Shown: piece after piece, positions 63,699-64,000 of the stretch
How positions within the stretch are numbered: the stretch's first letter is position 1
Layout: the number at the start of each line of letters is the position of its first letter
Assembly (NCBI GenBank): GCA_913043235.1
Contig: CAJWLO010000006.1
Location: 270-64,269, forward strand
Origin: an uncultured Fidelibacterota bacterium
GTDB lineage: Bacteria > Fidelibacterota > Marinisomatia > Marinisomatales > UBA1611
Reading direction: 5' to 3'
Length of the DNA: 64,000 nt
Notes under the pieces: model-generated
What the model saw: only the letters and a program-made list of their open reading frames with translations
What the model was told of the DNA's origin: nothing
The model's database searches: none
Made by a program: the position numbers and the translations under genes

Positions 63699-64000
63699 TT
63701 AGAGACCTGTTCACTTATTTTTCCAAAGCGTCTTTCACGGGATTGATAATCTAAAATTGCTTTCATGAGTTCTTTTTCACGAAAGTCCGGCCAAAAAGTT
63801 TCAATCAAATAAATTTCTGAATAGGCAATCTGCCAGAGCAGAAAATTACTTAATCTATTTTCACCGCTGGTTCGGATCAATAAATCCGGATCAGGCATTG
63901 AAAACGTGGATAATTCCCGGCTGAAAATAGTTTCATCAATATCATTTAAATCTATCGTTCCTTCTGTAGCCTTTTTGGTGATGGAATATGCGGCATCTAC
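63695..64000 (-). CDS. uppS: isoprenyl transferase (undecaprenyl-diphosphate synthase); the 5' end lies beyond the window
   Basis: The C-terminal part reads ..VDAAYSITKKATEGTIDLNDIDETIFSRELSTFSMPDPDLLIRTSGENRLSNFLLWQIAYSEIY..RERRFGK. The IRTSGE.R.SNFLLWQ motif is diagnostic. The frame is open to the window end. Confidence 0.85.
   Translation of the reverse strand, partial: VDAAYSITKKATEGTIDLNDIDETIFSRELSTFSMPDPDLLIRTSGENRLSNFLLWQIAYSEIYLIETFWPDFREKELMKAILDYQSRERRFGKISEQVSN

Noticed and set aside
1-64000. A search by eye for tRNA or rRNA genes, CRISPR repeats, transposases, integrases, phage genes, toxin-antitoxin pairs or known defence genes.
   Set aside because: I recognised none in any intergenic region or ORF product. 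Absence by eye is not proof, so tRNAscan, Infernal and defence-system HMM scans should confirm it.

Overview
This is a gene-dense 64-kb window from an AT-rich diderm bacterium. GC is roughly 33-42% in the 120-nt samples I counted by hand. I support about 66 protein genes. I recognised no rRNA, tRNA, CRISPR array, transposase or integrase.

Most of the window is core housekeeping in long co-directional blocks with overlapping stop/start codons:
- 4.9-19.2 kb, minus strand: rlmD, a deo-type nucleoside catabolic set (deoA, punA, two ALDH-family genes, deoC, a phosphohexomutase), rpsU, rsmA, tatD, metG, holB and an envC-like gene.
- 42.2-49.1 kb, plus strand: M23 peptidase, rhomboid, cdd, udk, tdk, nupC, adk, coaE.
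- 49.1-52.2 kb, minus strand: nfeD-floA plus two small ORFs.
- 54.5-64 kb, minus strand: an envelope-biogenesis block (uppS, bamA, skp, lpxD, lpxC, fabZ, lpxA, an exported protein, dxr, rseP).

The less ordinary parts are these:
1. At 0.75-4.9 kb there is a breakpoint where a sugar-ABC permease gene and a BNR/Asp-box gene are both 5'-truncated head to head. It is followed by a GC-richer block with two FtsX-type permeases and a LolA-like protein but no ATPase.
2. At 8.5-9.3 kb there is an aldehyde-dehydrogenase paralogue that lacks its whole catalytic domain.
3. At 20.9-30.9 kb, four consecutive exported or membrane proteins of unknown function sit in a tightly coupled six-gene operon (DUF4159-like, a 1141-aa coiled-coil membrane protein, a TPR protein, a GATase1-like protein, then GNAT and YjbQ). 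A barrel+TPR+BamE-like protein is transcribed divergently from it. This is my best candidate for an undescribed system.
4. At 34.4-39.9 kb there is a small accessory stretch of lipoproteins, a cupin and a hydrolase, with direct repeats in its intergenic regions, a gene remnant and an orphan terminator.

All family calls rest on motif recognition by eye. No database search was run.
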